In this document: one piece after another, positions 27,660 through 42,111 of the stretch | How the letters are laid out: every line of letters starts with the position of its first letter | Position numbering within the stretch: position 1 is the first letter of the stretch | Origin: the human T2T-CHM13v2.0 reference genome, Homo sapiens | Assembly (NCBI GenBank): GCA_009914755.4 | Contig: CP086569.2 | Coordinates: 2,656,001 to 2,720,000 of the forward strand | DNA length: 64,000 nucleotides | Reading direction: 5' to 3' | Translations under genes and position numbers: made by a program | Notes under the pieces: model-generated | What the model was told of the DNA's origin: nothing | Database searches by the model: none | The model's input: the letters and a program-made list of their open reading frames with translations, nothing else

Positions 27660-27722
27660 ATTATAAACCTTTATTGTCAGGGTATCCAACTATAAACCTT
27701 TATTGTCAGAGTATCCAACTGT
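27660..27722. repeat. Two tandem copies of a ~31-bp unit immediately 3' of the HERV
   Basis: aattataaacctttattgtcagggtatccaact / ataaacctttattgtcagagtatccaactg. Confidence 0.8.
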
Positions 27723-29769
27723 TAAAAAACTTAAAAAATCCCAGGCAAACCAGGAAGAGCTGGCTTTCCTAGCCAGCTTGCACCATCTTATCCAAGTATC
27801 TGTTGCAATATGCTAGGAATTAATGAAAGTTTTTATGAAAATTTCTACATCTCCTTGGCCTGATATAAGATATCCCATTGATCCCTATTTCCCTCTGGAT
27901 CATGACTTTTCTCTAATTGGCCACTTATTGGGATGGGCAGGTGGTGGCCATTGGTCACTTAGTTTGGCTGCTCAGAATCTAAAATTCCCTATATTTCAGG
28001 AATTCCTCAAGTTATATGGCAGAGTGTATCACCTTTCTTTGTAGAACCTCAGCATACTAGGTTCCCTTACAATTGGAGTGGTGGTATCTAACCAGGCTCT
28101 GCCAATCAGTGCTTGTACTGGAGGCTGAATTGGAAATAGGGATACAGAGTCTGGAATTTCGAGAAAGTTGTGCTGGTGAGGATGGAGACAGCCAGCAGAG
28201 GCCTATCAGAGTTAGAGGGAACAGTGTGCCCAAAAGTTCTAGAGTCAGCATCAGAACTCAGTGTCAGTGTTTGTAACATCGTGTGTCTGTAATGAGAGCA
28301 GGGACCACTAAACTAACTCTCTACAATTATTCTGGACATTGTTCCTGGTTACTTCACTTCCAGTCTTCATTCCCTCATCCTTCCAAAAGCTTATATTTTG
28401 TTACAGCCCCTCTGCTAAATCAAATAGAGTTGTTTTTTGTTATTTAGAAATGTATTCAATATATCCCCTTGACTAAGATATGGTCTCTACCTGCAACCAT
28501 GTGACATAGAAAAACTGGGTAATTTAAGAATTTAATAAATGGACTATTTACAAAAATGAGCAGATTTGTGGGAAACTAATGAGATATAATGCAACATCCA
28601 ATGTTAGGAACATTGGGGAGTACTCATCAGTTCAGACTACGGTGAAAGTGTTGGGAGGCTTTTTTGCTTCATTTCTCAGCATTCCCACATGGTCCACAAA
28701 CAATCCACCTTGACAGCTAGAGATGAAAGATAGGAAATGCCATTCTCCCCTTAGAAGCATGCCAATATCCTAAAGCCTTCCCCTTTCTGTCACAGGAGAC
28801 ATTGGCTTACTTTCCAGTGTTACCAACCTGGAGACCCTTTCCCCTCAACACTTAAGGAGTTTTGCTAGCATTTCATTGAAAAAGTTCTCCCTCTGGAGGG
28901 GAGGATGGGAAGATCATTAGTAGCCTTGATAAAAAAAACCAGTCCCCTAACTGAGGGTTTCTCTCCTGTAATGCAACCCACCACAAGCTAGGTGAATACT
29001 TGGGCCTCAGCATGATATGTGTGAATGGAGGTATTTTGTATGAACTTAAGAGATTGCTCAGGCTGCTGCTTTTTGCTGTAAACAGTAAACAATCTTTGTC
29101 TTTGACCAGGTCTCTAGTCTCTTTGGTCAGGATATGAATATAATCACCTTATCTGTTGTCAGGAAGGCAAAATCTCTTGTCCTCCACAGTTCCTGACTTC
29201 TCAGGATAAGCATAGCCAAGGAAGAAAACTGTACTGACAGGAGCTTACTCCCTTCACAAGAGAGGAGCCAAGGCAATAAATACCACCTGCCTTTTATCAC
29301 CTTCTAAACTGCCCATTGGCTGACTCCACCTGGAAACCAAAGGGAATGGGAGCACCTTACACAGTCCATAGAGGTCACTTTCTCAGGCACACAGCAAGGT
29401 AAAGATAGGAGGAGAATTGATGATGAGGAGCACAGTAAAGGCATTGAGCACAGTGAATAGTTTTATGGTTTGTACATTGCTTCTCTTGAACTGCTGCTCA
29501 TGTTTCCCTTCATAAATGTGCTGTGTTAAATATTAATGTTTTTGTGTTTGTTGAGATTTTCTTTGCATACTTTACCTGGTCCATTATTTGCCAGTGTTCT
29601 ATAAATGTATTGACTAATGGTTTACTGATTTGTTTATATGTCTCAAAACAACTATAACAGTGGGTAATGAGAGCAGGGAGGGGGCACTGAGTAAAAGCAT
29701 GATGGAACCAAAATACTACACAATAACAATATACAGGAGAATTGGCATTGTTATTGCTACAGGATTCTT

Positions 29770-31310
29770 AGGGTGTCACTTTACCAACCAGAAACCTCTG
29801 TGACTGGTGACGCATCTGCTTGGGTTTTTCTTGGGCCTGCTGGGCCCAAGTGAGCTTGTTCCACTCACTTGGTGAAGCAACCAGCCTGGATTCCATGTCT
29901 GCCAAGGGCAAGCCAGATGTGCAGCAATGAGAGGTCTGCAAGTGAGGTCTGGCCACTGTGCACTGCCAGGCATGCCAGCTGTGGTGAGGTGGGCAACTCC
30001 AAGTGCTAACATAGGTGCTAGCTCTGTGTGAGGCTGCAGCTGGACCAGGCATACTGCAAGTGGCTTCCACTATGGGTACCGGGTAATGCAGTTGTGCCCA
30101 GAAGCTTGGAAATGCTAGGAACCATAGAGCCTCAAAGGTGTCACAACCCTGGCTTGGGGAGGCCCTAGGTTTGGGCTCCCTGAAAGTCAACAACTCTTTT
30201 CTTCTTCTTGTCACTCACAAGGTGTCAAGTGGAGGGTATGTTTCAGCCTTGTTTGTGTTACAGCTCTTTCAGTCCCACCATTCTGTGGTCCTGAGCTCTG
30301 GTCCTGCATCCAGGAAGAATGACGTATGTGGAAAACTGGAGCGTGAGCAAGGCAAAGAGGGGGTTCATTGAGCAACAGAACAGCTCTCAGGAGACCTGCA
30401 GTGGGTAGCTCCTTTCTGCAGGCTGGTTGTCCCAATGAGTGTCCACCTTTCAGCAGAAAGGAGACCTGCAGTGGGTAGCTCCTTTCTGCAAGCAGGTTGT
30501 CCTGACAAGTCAAGGAGACCTGAATTGGGTCACTGCTTCCCACAGCTGGTAGTCCCACAGTCTGTGTAAGTCTGGCTGTCTGAGGTTTTTATGGACTTCA
30601 GAAGGCAGGAAGTGTGTGCTGACTCGTCCAAGGGCAGCCATGTGCAGGCCTGGAAAAAGCACCATAAGTTTTCACTCAGGGCCAAGGACTTCACCTGGAA
30701 CTGACAGCCTTCAGGATGGCTTGAAGCAGGGCCTCTCCAGGGAACCAACCCTTTATGCCCAGGAGCCATCTGCCTATTGTTGCCATCAACTTGGCATCCA
30801 TAGTGCCCAGGCTGTTCATGCCAAGCAGTGCTGGCAGGCCTGTGCCAAATGACCCTCAGCACCCCCTCAGCTCCACTCCTGTGGTCATGGGCGCCCAAAG
30901 TCTGGAGGGGGATGAGGCGGCAGGGGGCTGGTGTGTCAGCACCACCCTGAGCACGTGCAACCTCCTGGCTGGGTTGTGATAGCACCTGGGCTTGGCCACA
31001 ATGTTGCTCCACACTCGGAGCAACCAGGAGTTGAGAAAGGCCAGGCAGTGGCACCAAGCTCTTTCAAGCCTGCAGAGGCAAGGGGGCTTCCTGGGCTTCA
31101 AAAAGCACAGGGATACCAAGTCTGCAGCCACTGCTGGGCAGCTGCAGCTAAGCATGGGACTCCTGCCCCACCAACTTGGAAGGGGACAGGGCTCCTGCCT
31201 GTTCCCAGCTCCTGACGGCTCCTGAACATGCAGCCCTGGCCACGCCTCCCCTGCTGCAGCGTCCCCACAGTGGCTGCTCCAAACAGGTTGCCACCATCAT
31301 TATAAGTCAG
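29770..31310. repeat. Unclassified GC-rich, CpG-depleted block of ~1.5 kb. It is probably an old LTR/ERV-derived or other interspersed repeat. Long ORFs pile up on both strands.
   Basis: The composition shift and the scarcity of stop codons on both strands (ORFs of 148, 175, 115, 99 and 94 aa overlap on opposite strands) are typical of GC-rich non-coding sequence. There are only ~9 CpG in 1.5 kb. I could not assign a family from memory. Confidence 0.3.
30392..30556. repeat. Tandem repeat inside the GC-rich block. It has about 2.5 copies of a ~68-bp unit.
   Basis: ggagacctgcagtgggtagctcctttctgcaggctggttgtcc occurs at 30392. ggagacctgcagtgggtagctcctttctgcaagcaggttgtcc occurs at 30461. A degenerate third copy, ggagacctgaattgggtcactgcttcccacagctggtagtcc, is at 30514. 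Confidence 0.85.
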
Positions 31311-31337
31311 AATGCTCTTGGCTGCAAGTATTACGGA

Positions 31338-31440
31338 TCATAACTTGGCTGGGTGTGGTGCCTCATATCTATAATCTGCTTTGGGAGGCCAATGCAAGAG
31401 GATTGCTTGAGGACAGGAGCTTGAAACCAGCCTGGGCAAC
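31338..31440 (+). mobile_element. Alu left-monomer fragment (FLAM-like)
   Basis: ggctgggtgtggtgcctcatatctataatctgctttgggaggccaatgcaagaggattgcttgaggacaggagcttgaaaccagcctgggcaacat. Confidence 0.7.
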
Positions 31441-33989
31441 ATATAATAGTAATACCCTGAGTCTATACACATATGAAAAATAAAAGCACACTCACACACT
31501 CAAAATGGAAGACATGGCTCAACAGACCAAACAATAAGAAAACTTTTAATAGGAACTCCAGATGTAGTTATCTTCAAGGTTAGTTGCATATTTGATGTTT
31601 GTTGAATCAACATATTGGGAACAATACATTTATAGCAGTTCCACATGTCTCATCCAAATTTGGCAATTGGGAGAAAAAAGATAAATAACATTTTCCTATG
31701 GCTTTCTCTTAAAGAAGAAGAAACTTTTTCTCACAGTCCTTCTGTAAGGCTGCTTATCGTGTATCAATGGCTAGTGTTGGATCACACAGCTTTTCCTGGA
31801 AATACTGTTAACATAACTAACCATTACCAACCCCAACAAGTTAATGACATTATGCATAACTAGGTTGACTCCCATAACAAGAGATGGAGTTAGCTTTTCC
31901 TTCAGAAAAGCAAAGCAAAACAAAATATACACACATGATATGCAGTGAAGGTGTTGGTACTTCAACAAATTTAAAGTATCTTTGGTACAAGGGATAAGTA
32001 TGTAGTGGGTAGGCAACCACTATCCTTCACTGCAGAGATTACAAGACTAAAACAGTGCTAAAGTATTATAATGAAAAAGGTTTGATTGCTTTTTTGTGTT
32101 TAAATTACATATAGGTGTTAAAGTATTAAGGGTAATCACCACAGGAATAGAGAGAAAATGCAAAATGTTCAAACAAGTAGAAGGGAAATATGGTACCAAA
32201 AAAACCCAAAACAAAATAAATGAACTTTCAAAACAAATTAAATAGCTGTTAGTAAAGCTGTCATAAAGGAAGTAAAGAAATAGCCTGATGAAAAGAAAAT
32301 ATGAAATAAAATATATAACATATTTTAATTATTTTAGCCAAATATTTTAATAATTGCAATGAATATAAGTAGACTACCTATTAAAGGCCAAAAATTATAA
32401 AATTAGATAAAATTCTAGCTATTCAATATTGGCAAGAAAAATACATAAATTAATGATACAAAAAAGCAGAAAGTAAAAAGATAGAAAATATACAGTAAAA
32501 ATATATTGGGCAGCCACTGCCAAAATATTTTTAATGAAAGACTTTAATGCAAAATAATTATTATATAATGACTAAAACAACAACTTCCAGTGTCATAAAT
32601 GGTAGCATGCTTACATACATAGCTGTACTTTGATTTGTCATAGTAAATGTTTTAGATGTTCAGTGTCATTATTGATTAGGAAAATAAAATTGTCTTATAA
32701 GTATTACAGTATTTTTTCAGTTTGTTTGTATGAACGTGGATCCAAATATGACTGGCACTATGTATGTTATATTTCTTAAGTTGCTCCTTCATCTTGTTTC
32801 TTCCTCACCTCTCTCCTGCTCCTTCCTCCTAGCTGGAGTTTATATGTTGAAGAAACAAAATAACTTGATGGGTATACTTTCCACAGTCTGGATTCTACCG
32901 ATTTTATCCCCAATGTGATGTTGAACTTGTTTCTCTGGTATTGGTATTTCCCAACAGCTATAATATAATCTGAAGGCTTTGATCAGATTCAGATTTGACA
33001 TCATGGCAAACACTATATCTTAAGTGGTAACATGCTTTTTTATGGAGGCACATTATATACCTAGCCATCTTGCTTGTGATTGTGGCAACTATTTGATGCT
33101 CAAAGCTAAGATTCAGTCAATTCTTCAAGGCTTGAAAATAGCGATATAGAATTTTATGATTCTTTATGATTTGCAATTCTTAATATTTTTTGAATGAGGA
33201 TTCTTGAATTCTCATTTTGTCATGGGCCCCAAAAATTAAGTAGCTGGTCCTGGGTATGGACATCATGTAGGAGATATGCGGAAAACAAAGACAGAAATCT
33301 AGATTTGTTTACAGTGTGGTTGGCCTAATGTTGGTTCCCACCAAAGGAATACAAACTAATATGAAAATTTCAGAACATTTCCTCTAGTTTCTTCCTCTAC
33401 ATATCTGGATTTGTTATATTGTTAAGTTTTTACTAGACGTTTTCCTATCACCTTAACAGTGTTTTTAAAAATCTTCATGTTAGTTTCCTGATATAAAATC
33501 CTTAAGTCAAGGATATTTATTAGTTTAGTATTTTATGGCTGCAACAAAATACCAGACACTCCCACAAGTCACCCGGTCACCCAGGAGTGCCTTTCGGTGG
33601 GAGGAGCAAATGCCTTTTCTTGTCAGATAAAAAACTCAGTCTCTCATTTATCTATGAAAACAGCAGTTCAGTTCGTCACACAAATGCACACAGAAAAACC
33701 AAATCAAGATAAATTTTAGGAGAAAAAGCAATAGAGAATTCCCTTTAGAATGCATCTCTGAACTGGAATTAGGATCCTTAGACAACAACTTCCTAGCAGA
33801 AAATCAGCTCAGAATAAATCAAGCACCATCAACTAAAGGGAGGTGGGACTCAGGAGACTTAACAGTTCCACCAAAGGACAACTGGAAATCAGGTAGTTTT
33901 CAGTGGGCCCCGCTAGTACCTTAGCTCCAAGTTCAGATAACTCCTTCTGGGCCCTGAGTCTTCTCTGGGGCTCCTGTATTTAAGCACCA

Positions 33990-34400
33990 AATTATTGTTG
34001 ATGAAAAGAGTTAAACTGTGTAAAATATTTCAAGACATTTATTTTGAGCGAAATGTGAGTGACCATAACCTGTCACACAGCCCTCAAGAGGTTCTGAGAA
34101 CATGTGCCCAAGGTGAGCAGGGTACAGTCTGGTTTTATATATTTAGAAGAGGCATGAGATATCAATCAAATACATTTAAGAAATGCATTGGTTTAGTTAA
34201 GAAAGGCAGGACAACTGAGAGCAGGGGGGTTATAGGTAAATTTAAACGTTTTCTGGTTGACAATTGGTTATGTTTGTCTAAAGACCTGGTAGAAAGGAAT
34301 GCTCAGGTTAAAATAAAGGATTGTGGAGACCAGGTTTTAGTGTACAGAGGAAGCTCTCAGATAGCAGACTTCAGAGACAGCAGGTTGTAAAGTGTTTGTT
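33990..34400 (+). repeat. Copy A of an unclassified interspersed repeat family of ~400 bp. A diverged copy lies at 36170-36600 and the start of a third at ~37040-37090.
   Basis: The two copies align at roughly 65-70% identity. For example '...tttattttgagcgaa...catgtgcccaaggtgagcagg...gagatatcaatcaaatacat...gattgtggagaccaggtttt...cagagacagcaggttgtaaagtgtttgttatcagatttaaaagaatgcc' aligns with '...tttattttgccaagg...catgtgccaaaggtagttgag...gagacattaatcaatacat...gattgtggataccaaggttt...cagagaaaatagattgtaaatgtttcctgtcaaacttaaaagatctg'. Confidence 0.5.
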
Positions 34401-34544
34401 ATCAGATTTAAAAGAATGCCTGGCTCTTAGTTGATTCTCTCCTGGATCTGGAAAGGAAGGAAGAAGAAAAAAGGTGAAAGTGGATTCTCTATAGAATGTG
34501 GATTTTTCCCACAAGAGACTTTTGCAGGGAAATTTCAAGGTATG

Positions 34545-34880
<336 letters not shown>

Positions 34881-35583
34881 TCACTGTATAGTTTTAAATA
34901 AAAGGCATCTGATGATAATTTATGGTTTGTAGGGCATGACTCCTTAGACCCATTGGATAGGAATTTAGGCAAGATAAAAAAAATTAGAGCTTAGTTCTTA
35001 CTTAGAAGACAAAAGGAGGCATAGTCTGGGCTGGATTGTCTCTGAGTCGTGCAAGGAACAGTCTTTGAGGTAGTAGAGTCTTCAGCAGCATATGCCAGGT
35101 TCTTATAATGAGTGACTGCAGGATGGTGTCAGCTACGACAGCTGTTTTAAGCTGCTGAAGTTCTGCTCTTTTATAGTCACAGCGTCCTCTGTGGAGGACT
35201 GACAGTGGAAGAGTGTGCTTGTTTATGTCCCCACATCTGGATGGATGCAAACCTAAACAAAAAAAACCCTTTGTTTATTAAACAAAACATCTTTGTTGAG
35301 AGAGTACCATATGAAATAGAAAATAAAGTCTTTTTTAAAAGGTGGAGTAAGTTATGTCAAGGGTGCTATACACAACCATGTAACTTAGATTCCCACAGTT
35401 TTCACACTAGAAGAGCTAGAATAATTTTGTTCAAATTTCTCTTTTTGCATTTGACTGCCAGGCCAAGAGATGTGTTGAACGGGCATTTTAATAGGCAAGA
35501 ACTTCAGCTGAATTTTCTGACCACTGATCCAGTGCTTTTTCCAGAATGCTACTCATCTGCCAAAACTGTATCCATTTTTCCTA

Positions 35584-35877
35584 TTTTTTTTTCTTGAGAG
35601 GCAGTCTCGCTCTGTTGCCCAGGCTGGAGTGCAGTGGCGCAATCTCGGCTCATTGACAGCTCTGCCTCCAGGGTTCACACCATTCTCCTGCCTCAGCCTC
35701 CCAAATAGCTGGGACTACAGGTGCCTGCCACCATACCCGGCTAATTTTTTTGTGTTTTTAGTAGAGATGGGGTTTCACCGTGTTAGCCAGGTTGGTCTTG
35801 ATCTCCTGAACTCATGATCCGCCCACCTCAGCCTCCCAAAGTGCTGGGATTACAGGCGTGAGCCACTGTTCCCGGCC
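35584..35877 (-). mobile_element. Alu SINE (young, AluY/S-like with low divergence)
   Basis: tttttttttcttgagaggcagtctcgctctgttgcccaggctggagtgcagtggcgcaatctcggctcattgacagctctgcctcc... ending in ggcgtgagccactgttcccggcc. Confidence 0.9.
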
Positions 35878-35904
35878 AAAGCTATCTATTTTTAAGCACC
35901 TTGC

Positions 35905-35990
35905 CTCTGTTCATTTGCTTATTCATTCCTCCATTCATTCATTTGTTCATTCATTCAATACCTATTAGTTTGTTGACGTTTTCTGGGTCT
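35905..35990. repeat. Simple repeat (TTCA/TCATTCA)n-like
   Basis: ttcatttgcttattcattcctccattcattcatttgttcattcattcaatacc. Confidence 0.7.
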
Positions 35991-36169
35991 GGTAGTTTAG
36001 AGAATGCTTGCTTTCCTCAGCTAAAAGTTTTTTCTTTTTTTTTTTTCCTCATTTTTCTCTTTTAGTCAGAAGATTTTTTCCTTGAAAGCATCGATGGTAA
36101 ACATCTGCACGTCAGAGAGTTTCTCAATAAGACTTGTAATCCAAAAACAATCTGAGAAACGTCTTAATT

Positions 36170-36600
36170 AATTTAGAAGTTTATTTTGCCAAGGTTAAGG
36201 ACATGCCTGTGACACCACCTTCAAATGTCCTGACAACATGTGCCAAAGGTAGTTGAGATACAATTTGCTTTTATCCATTTAGGAAGAAATGAGACATTAA
36301 TCAATACATGTAATATATATAGTGGTTTGGTTCAGAAAAGTAGGACCATTAGAAATCTGGGTTCCAGATTTTAAGTGGATTGAAAGATTTTCTTATTGTC
36401 AGTCATTTGAGTAAATATCTGCAATCAACAGAAAGAAATGTCTGGGCGATAATAAGGGATTGTGGATACCAAGGTTTGTCATGCAAATAGCCTCCAGGTA
36501 TCAGAGAGGCTTCAGAGAAAATAGATTGTAAATGTTTCCTGTCAAACTTAAAAGATCTGTTCTATCAGTACCAAGGTCTGTGTTGATGTTAATGGTAATG
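36170..36600 (+). repeat. Copy B of the same unclassified ~400-bp interspersed repeat
   Basis: See copy A. It starts ...aattaatttagaagtttattttgccaaggttaaggacatgcc. Confidence 0.5.
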
Positions 36601-37089
36601 AGGCATGTGTGACTCCGCCTTCTCATTATGGCCTGAACTAGTTTTTCAGGTTATCTTTGGAATGTTTTTGGCTGAGAGGACGTGTATATTCAGATGGTTT
36701 GAGGCTTTATATTTTATTTTGTCTTACAAGCTCATTTCTGGATAGTCCTGTGCCATGTGTAGGTAGTGGTGCATGTGTGTGTGGGGGACAGGGGGCTGTT
36801 ACTAGAGGGTCAAAGAGAAGTTGTCTCAGTGAGGAATTTTAAGACCACCAAAAAGCCAATTGGGATGATGATGTTACAAATTGGTTAAATGAAACCCTGT
36901 CAAGTCATTGATTTACATACCTGCTGTCACTTTTTAATCATTTGTAGCTTTAGTAGTTGTACATTACTTAGAATTTTAACTACTACTATCCTTAACCCAT
37001 AGAGAAAACCTAAGAAACACAGTTTTTAACTATGTGAACCCTGAATATCTGAGACAGGGCTCAGTTAATTTGGAAAACTTATTTTGCCA

Positions 37090-38245
37090 AGATTGTTCTG
37101 TTCCATTGGTCTATGTATCTGTTTTGGTACCAGTACCATGATGTTTTGCTTACTGTAGCCTTGTAGTATAGTTTGAAGTCAGGTAGTGTGATGCCTCTAG
37201 CTTTGTTCTTTTTGGTTAGGATTGTCTTGGCCATGTAGGCTCTTTTTTGGTTCCATATAAAATTTAAAGTAGTTTTTTCTAATTCTGTGAAGAAAGTCAA
37301 TGGTAGTTTGATGACAGCATTGAATCTATAAATAACTTTGGGCAGTAGGACCATTTTCTGCATCTATTGAGATAATCATGTGTTTTCTGTCATTGGTTCT
37401 GTTTATGTGACAGATTACATTTATTGATTTGCATATGTTGAACCAGCCTTGCATCCCAGGGATGAAGCTGACTTGATTGTGGTGCATAAACTTTTTCATG
37501 TGCTGCTGAATTTGGTTTGCCAGTATTTTATTGAGAATTTTCACATCAATGTTCATCATTCCTTGGTCATAGATATTGGCCTGAAATTTTCCTTTTTTGT
37601 TGTGTCTCTGCCAGATTTTGGCATCAGGATGATGCTGGCCTCATAAATAATTTTTCCATTGTTTGTGTCCTCTCATTTTCTTGAGCAGTGGTTTGTAGTT
37701 TTCCCTGAAGAGATTCTTCACATCCCTTATAAGTTGAATTCCCAGGTATTTTATTCCCTTTGCAGCCATTGTGAATGGGAGTTCACTCATGATTTTGTTC
37801 TCTGTTTGTCTATTATTGGTGTATAGGATTGGTTGTGATTTTTGCACTTTGGTTTTGTATTCTGAGACTTTGCTGAGGTTGCTTATCAGGTTAAAGAGAT
37901 TTTGGGCTGAGATGATGGAGTTTCTAAATATACAGTATGTCATCTGCAAACAGACACAATTTGACTTCCTCTTTTCCTAGCTGAGTACACTTTCTTTCTT
38001 TCTCTCGCCTGACTGCCCTGGCCAGAACTTCCAATACTATGTTGAAGAGGAGTGGTGAGAGAAGGCCTCCTTGTCTTGTGCCAGTTTTCAAAGGGAATGC
38101 TTCCAGTTTTTGCCCATTCATGGCTATGGATATGTGATAAATAGCTCTTATTATTTTGAGATACATTCCATCAATACCTAGTTTTTTGAGAGTTTTTTTT
38201 TTTTTAGCATGAAGGAGATTGTGTTTTTCAAAAGGTCAATGAAGT
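37090..38245 (-). mobile_element. L1 fragment (ORF2 reverse-transcriptase region, L1PA-like) in minus orientation, with internal deletions
   Basis: gattgttctgttccattggtctatgtatctgttttggtaccagtaccatg... ending in ctggccagaacttccaatactatgttgaagaggagtggtgagagaaggcc. ORFs 37924..38166(-) and 37641..37949(-) read as L1 RT fragments ([14 protein letters not shown]..., ...[24 protein letters not shown]...). Confidence 0.85.
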
Positions 38246-38419
38246 GTTATATTATCCTTGGCAAAAATTTTGTCAATAAGAGGAGAAACAGAGGGAACAC
38301 ATATAGTTGGCAGGGATTTTAAGAACAGAGAAATTCAGTAGATGGAGTAGCTATTATTGAGAGAATAGAGGCCTCACACAAATAAACATATATAGCCTAA
38401 ATATTAACTTTTTGTTCAT

Positions 38420-38711
38420 TTGTTTTTGAGGTGGAGTTTTACTCCATCGCCCAGGCTGGAGCGCAGTGGTGTGATCTTGTCTCACTGTAGCCTTGCCTCT
38501 TGGGCTCAAGCGATTATCCTGCCTCAGCCTCCTGAGTAGCTGGGATGAGTACAGGGATGAGCCATCATGCTCAACTAATTTTTGTATTTTTTACTAGAGG
38601 TGGGGTTTTGCCATTTTTGTCAGGCTGATCTTCAACTTTTAATCTCAAGGGATCTACCTGCCTTGGCCTCCCAAAGTGCTGGGTTATAGACATGAGCCAC
38701 CAAACTGGGCC
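38420..38711 (-). mobile_element. Alu SINE
   Basis: tttgaggtggagttttactccatcgcccaggctggagcgcagtggtgtgatcttgtctcactgtagcc... ending in gacatgagccaccaaactgggcc. Confidence 0.85.
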
Positions 38712-38749
38712 TAACTATCAATTTTTAAGTTGACTTTTGACTATAGAGC

Positions 38750-39045
<296 letters not shown>

Positions 39046-40344
39046 ATTTTTTTTTCTTTTTAAATAGACTTCATGAAAAGTCTTTTTATCAGATTTTCGT
39101 TGAGCAAGTACCAAACATTCCTATTTGTTGGCTTTTTGTTTCTCAAGTTTACAGCAAGAAAGATTTTGGAGATGGAGCCAAATTTGTTTGTTACAGGTCT
39201 AGGATGATTACTTTTAAAAGGTGCTGGTAGTTGAAATGTTTTAATGAAATATTTTCTTCTTTCTGGGTATATGTTTCCAAATAACTTACAAGAAACGGTG
39301 TAAACAAATAACAATAAAAGTTTCCTATTACATTCTAAATATAAAGGAGAATTTTAAATCAAAGATATTAATGAAAAAAATGACTCAAAAGCAACACGAA
39401 TAAACATACATGAGGCCAAAACCCAAAAGCCCTTTATAGCATCAAAGAGGAAGCAAAAATTTTGCAGCCTTTCCAAGATCTATACCCCTACCACAGACTA
39501 CTTAAAGGAAACTTTCACTAGCTGCCAATAGTTGAAACCCACAACTATCTGGCAATTTTCTTGCAGGGTTTCAGCTTCTAAGCTGATCATGTACATACAA
39601 ATGCCCAGCATTTCTGGTGCCATACAGATGGAAGGTTAAAAGAGACAGTAGGTAAAATGAAAAGAAAAGGTGTTCATGTAGATGGCAAGCATAACACACG
39701 ATACCCCCTCAAAATCAAGAGTTACATAAATAATCCAAAATAAATAGTTCAAATCAGAATAAGTAGTTCTAACAGAAATGTTTTGCTCCTAAGCTAGCAG
39801 TATGCACTGGGGAAAGGAATTTTGTGGTTGATCTAAAGAACTTTAACTCTGCCTCAAACCGGATCTTAGCTGAAATGTTGCTTGGCTGCTTGGATATAAC
39901 ATTTGGATATATCTCTGGATATAACATCTCCCAGACATAAGATTTACATCTCCAAGGAACTGCAAAAGGTCAGGGGAAAGGGTGGAGTGCCTTTTATAAA
40001 TCCTGTAGGGAAGTTAAGCATGCAGTTTGAACATAAAAATGTTCTGGAGGACTTAAATGGGAAGTTTCTAAAAACAAAATAAAACTTATAGCCTATATAG
40101 TGACAAGACAAAGAAAAGACCACCTTTAGGCTCCAAAAGGCCTGAAAATGTGGAAAGATAAGTTTATGGGAAGAGTAAATCTGTCCCTCTATCCTCGATG
40201 CTTTTGTCTCTGAGCTGACAAGGAACATTAAGAGGCCTATCTTTAGATGGGAAAGGCAGCCAAGAGGACAGTAAGACCTTGTCTTTGTAAATTGCTGTCC
40301 TACTATCAGGTAGGCAGAGTGAGTGGAAGAATATCCTCCTACAT

Positions 40345-40540
<196 letters not shown>

Positions 40541-41701
40541 CTTTTTAACCTCCTCCAGCTCTGCACTCTTTAGGATTTTGATAAAGCTCCGATGAGTGGA
40601 GGAACACCAGGGTTCTTGCCTTGCTTAGAATTAGGTAAGACAACACGGACACATGTGGACAGATTTTAAGGAGTAGGGAGTTTAACAGGGAAGAAAGAAG
40701 GGGGAAGAAAAAAAGAAGCAGCTCCCTTGTAGAGAGAGAGAGGTAGGAGGATCCAAAGCTGAGAGAGGAAACCCCGCTTTCAGGTAATGTTAGCCAGCTA
40801 AATTAGATGGCTGGAGGAGGCGGTGTCTGATTCGCACAAGGCTCAGGGTATTGGTTTGACCAGGCATGTCTTTCACGTAGCCCGAGAGAAAACTGGCCAC
40901 CCTAGCCTTTTAAATATGCAAATGCAGAGTGCCCTCGTGTTCCACACACCTGGAGATATGTGGGGGTGGCTATGCTGCCAGGCACGTGTTGGGGAAAGAG
41001 CAAGAGGACAAAGGTGGGAATCGCCATGTTGAGTGAACCCAGTTTCTAACGCTGGCATTTGCATATTAAAGGTTGACAGCCTAGGTCTAAGACCCAGGGT
41101 TTTCATGCTAGACAAGAGCTGCGAAAAATCTTCCAAGGACCCCGTTTTTTCCTCTCTGCCTAAAATAATTTCTTAATAACTCTTACCACAATTTTAGACG
41201 GAACATTTTTGTTTTCTTCACAGGCATCTTCCTAAATTAAGGGTAATGTAAATTTGAACTCAGCCCTGCTCAGTTGTTGTCATTAATTTTTTCACTTAGG
41301 CTTGGTATAGATATACAGATTTTCTCATTAATTTGGTTTGTTGGAAGGCAGATTTTTTTTTTTTACCACAGGCCATCATTTTGTAGAAAATGTTGCTCCT
41401 AACTATAAGGAGCACTGGTTCCAGGTGTTAGGTTCAGTCCTTTCCCATTGCAAAAAATCAAGGCCAACTCTCTCATTTATTTTTTTTTCTGGTTTTAAAA
41501 CAAACTTTTTCCAATCACGCATGCAAATAAATTACTTTGAGCATTTCAAAAGACCTTCATTTAGGCTGTAGCTGCTTATGACCATCCCAGGTTACGTGGG
41601 CTTATTTTTCCAGATATTATTGATGACACCCCGTTTTTGTTGTACATAAAACCAGCTGCTTTTATAAAAGAAGATTGCCCATCAAAAGAATACACAGATC
41701 T

Positions 41702-42111
<410 letters not shown>

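Noticed and set aside
29768-31225. Long ORFs (148, 175, 115, 99, 94 and 77 aa), mostly on the minus strand
   Set aside because: Same compositional artefact, in an unclassified GC-rich block. Frames overlap on opposite strands and I see no recognisable motifs. The sequence is CpG-depleted, as old non-coding DNA is.
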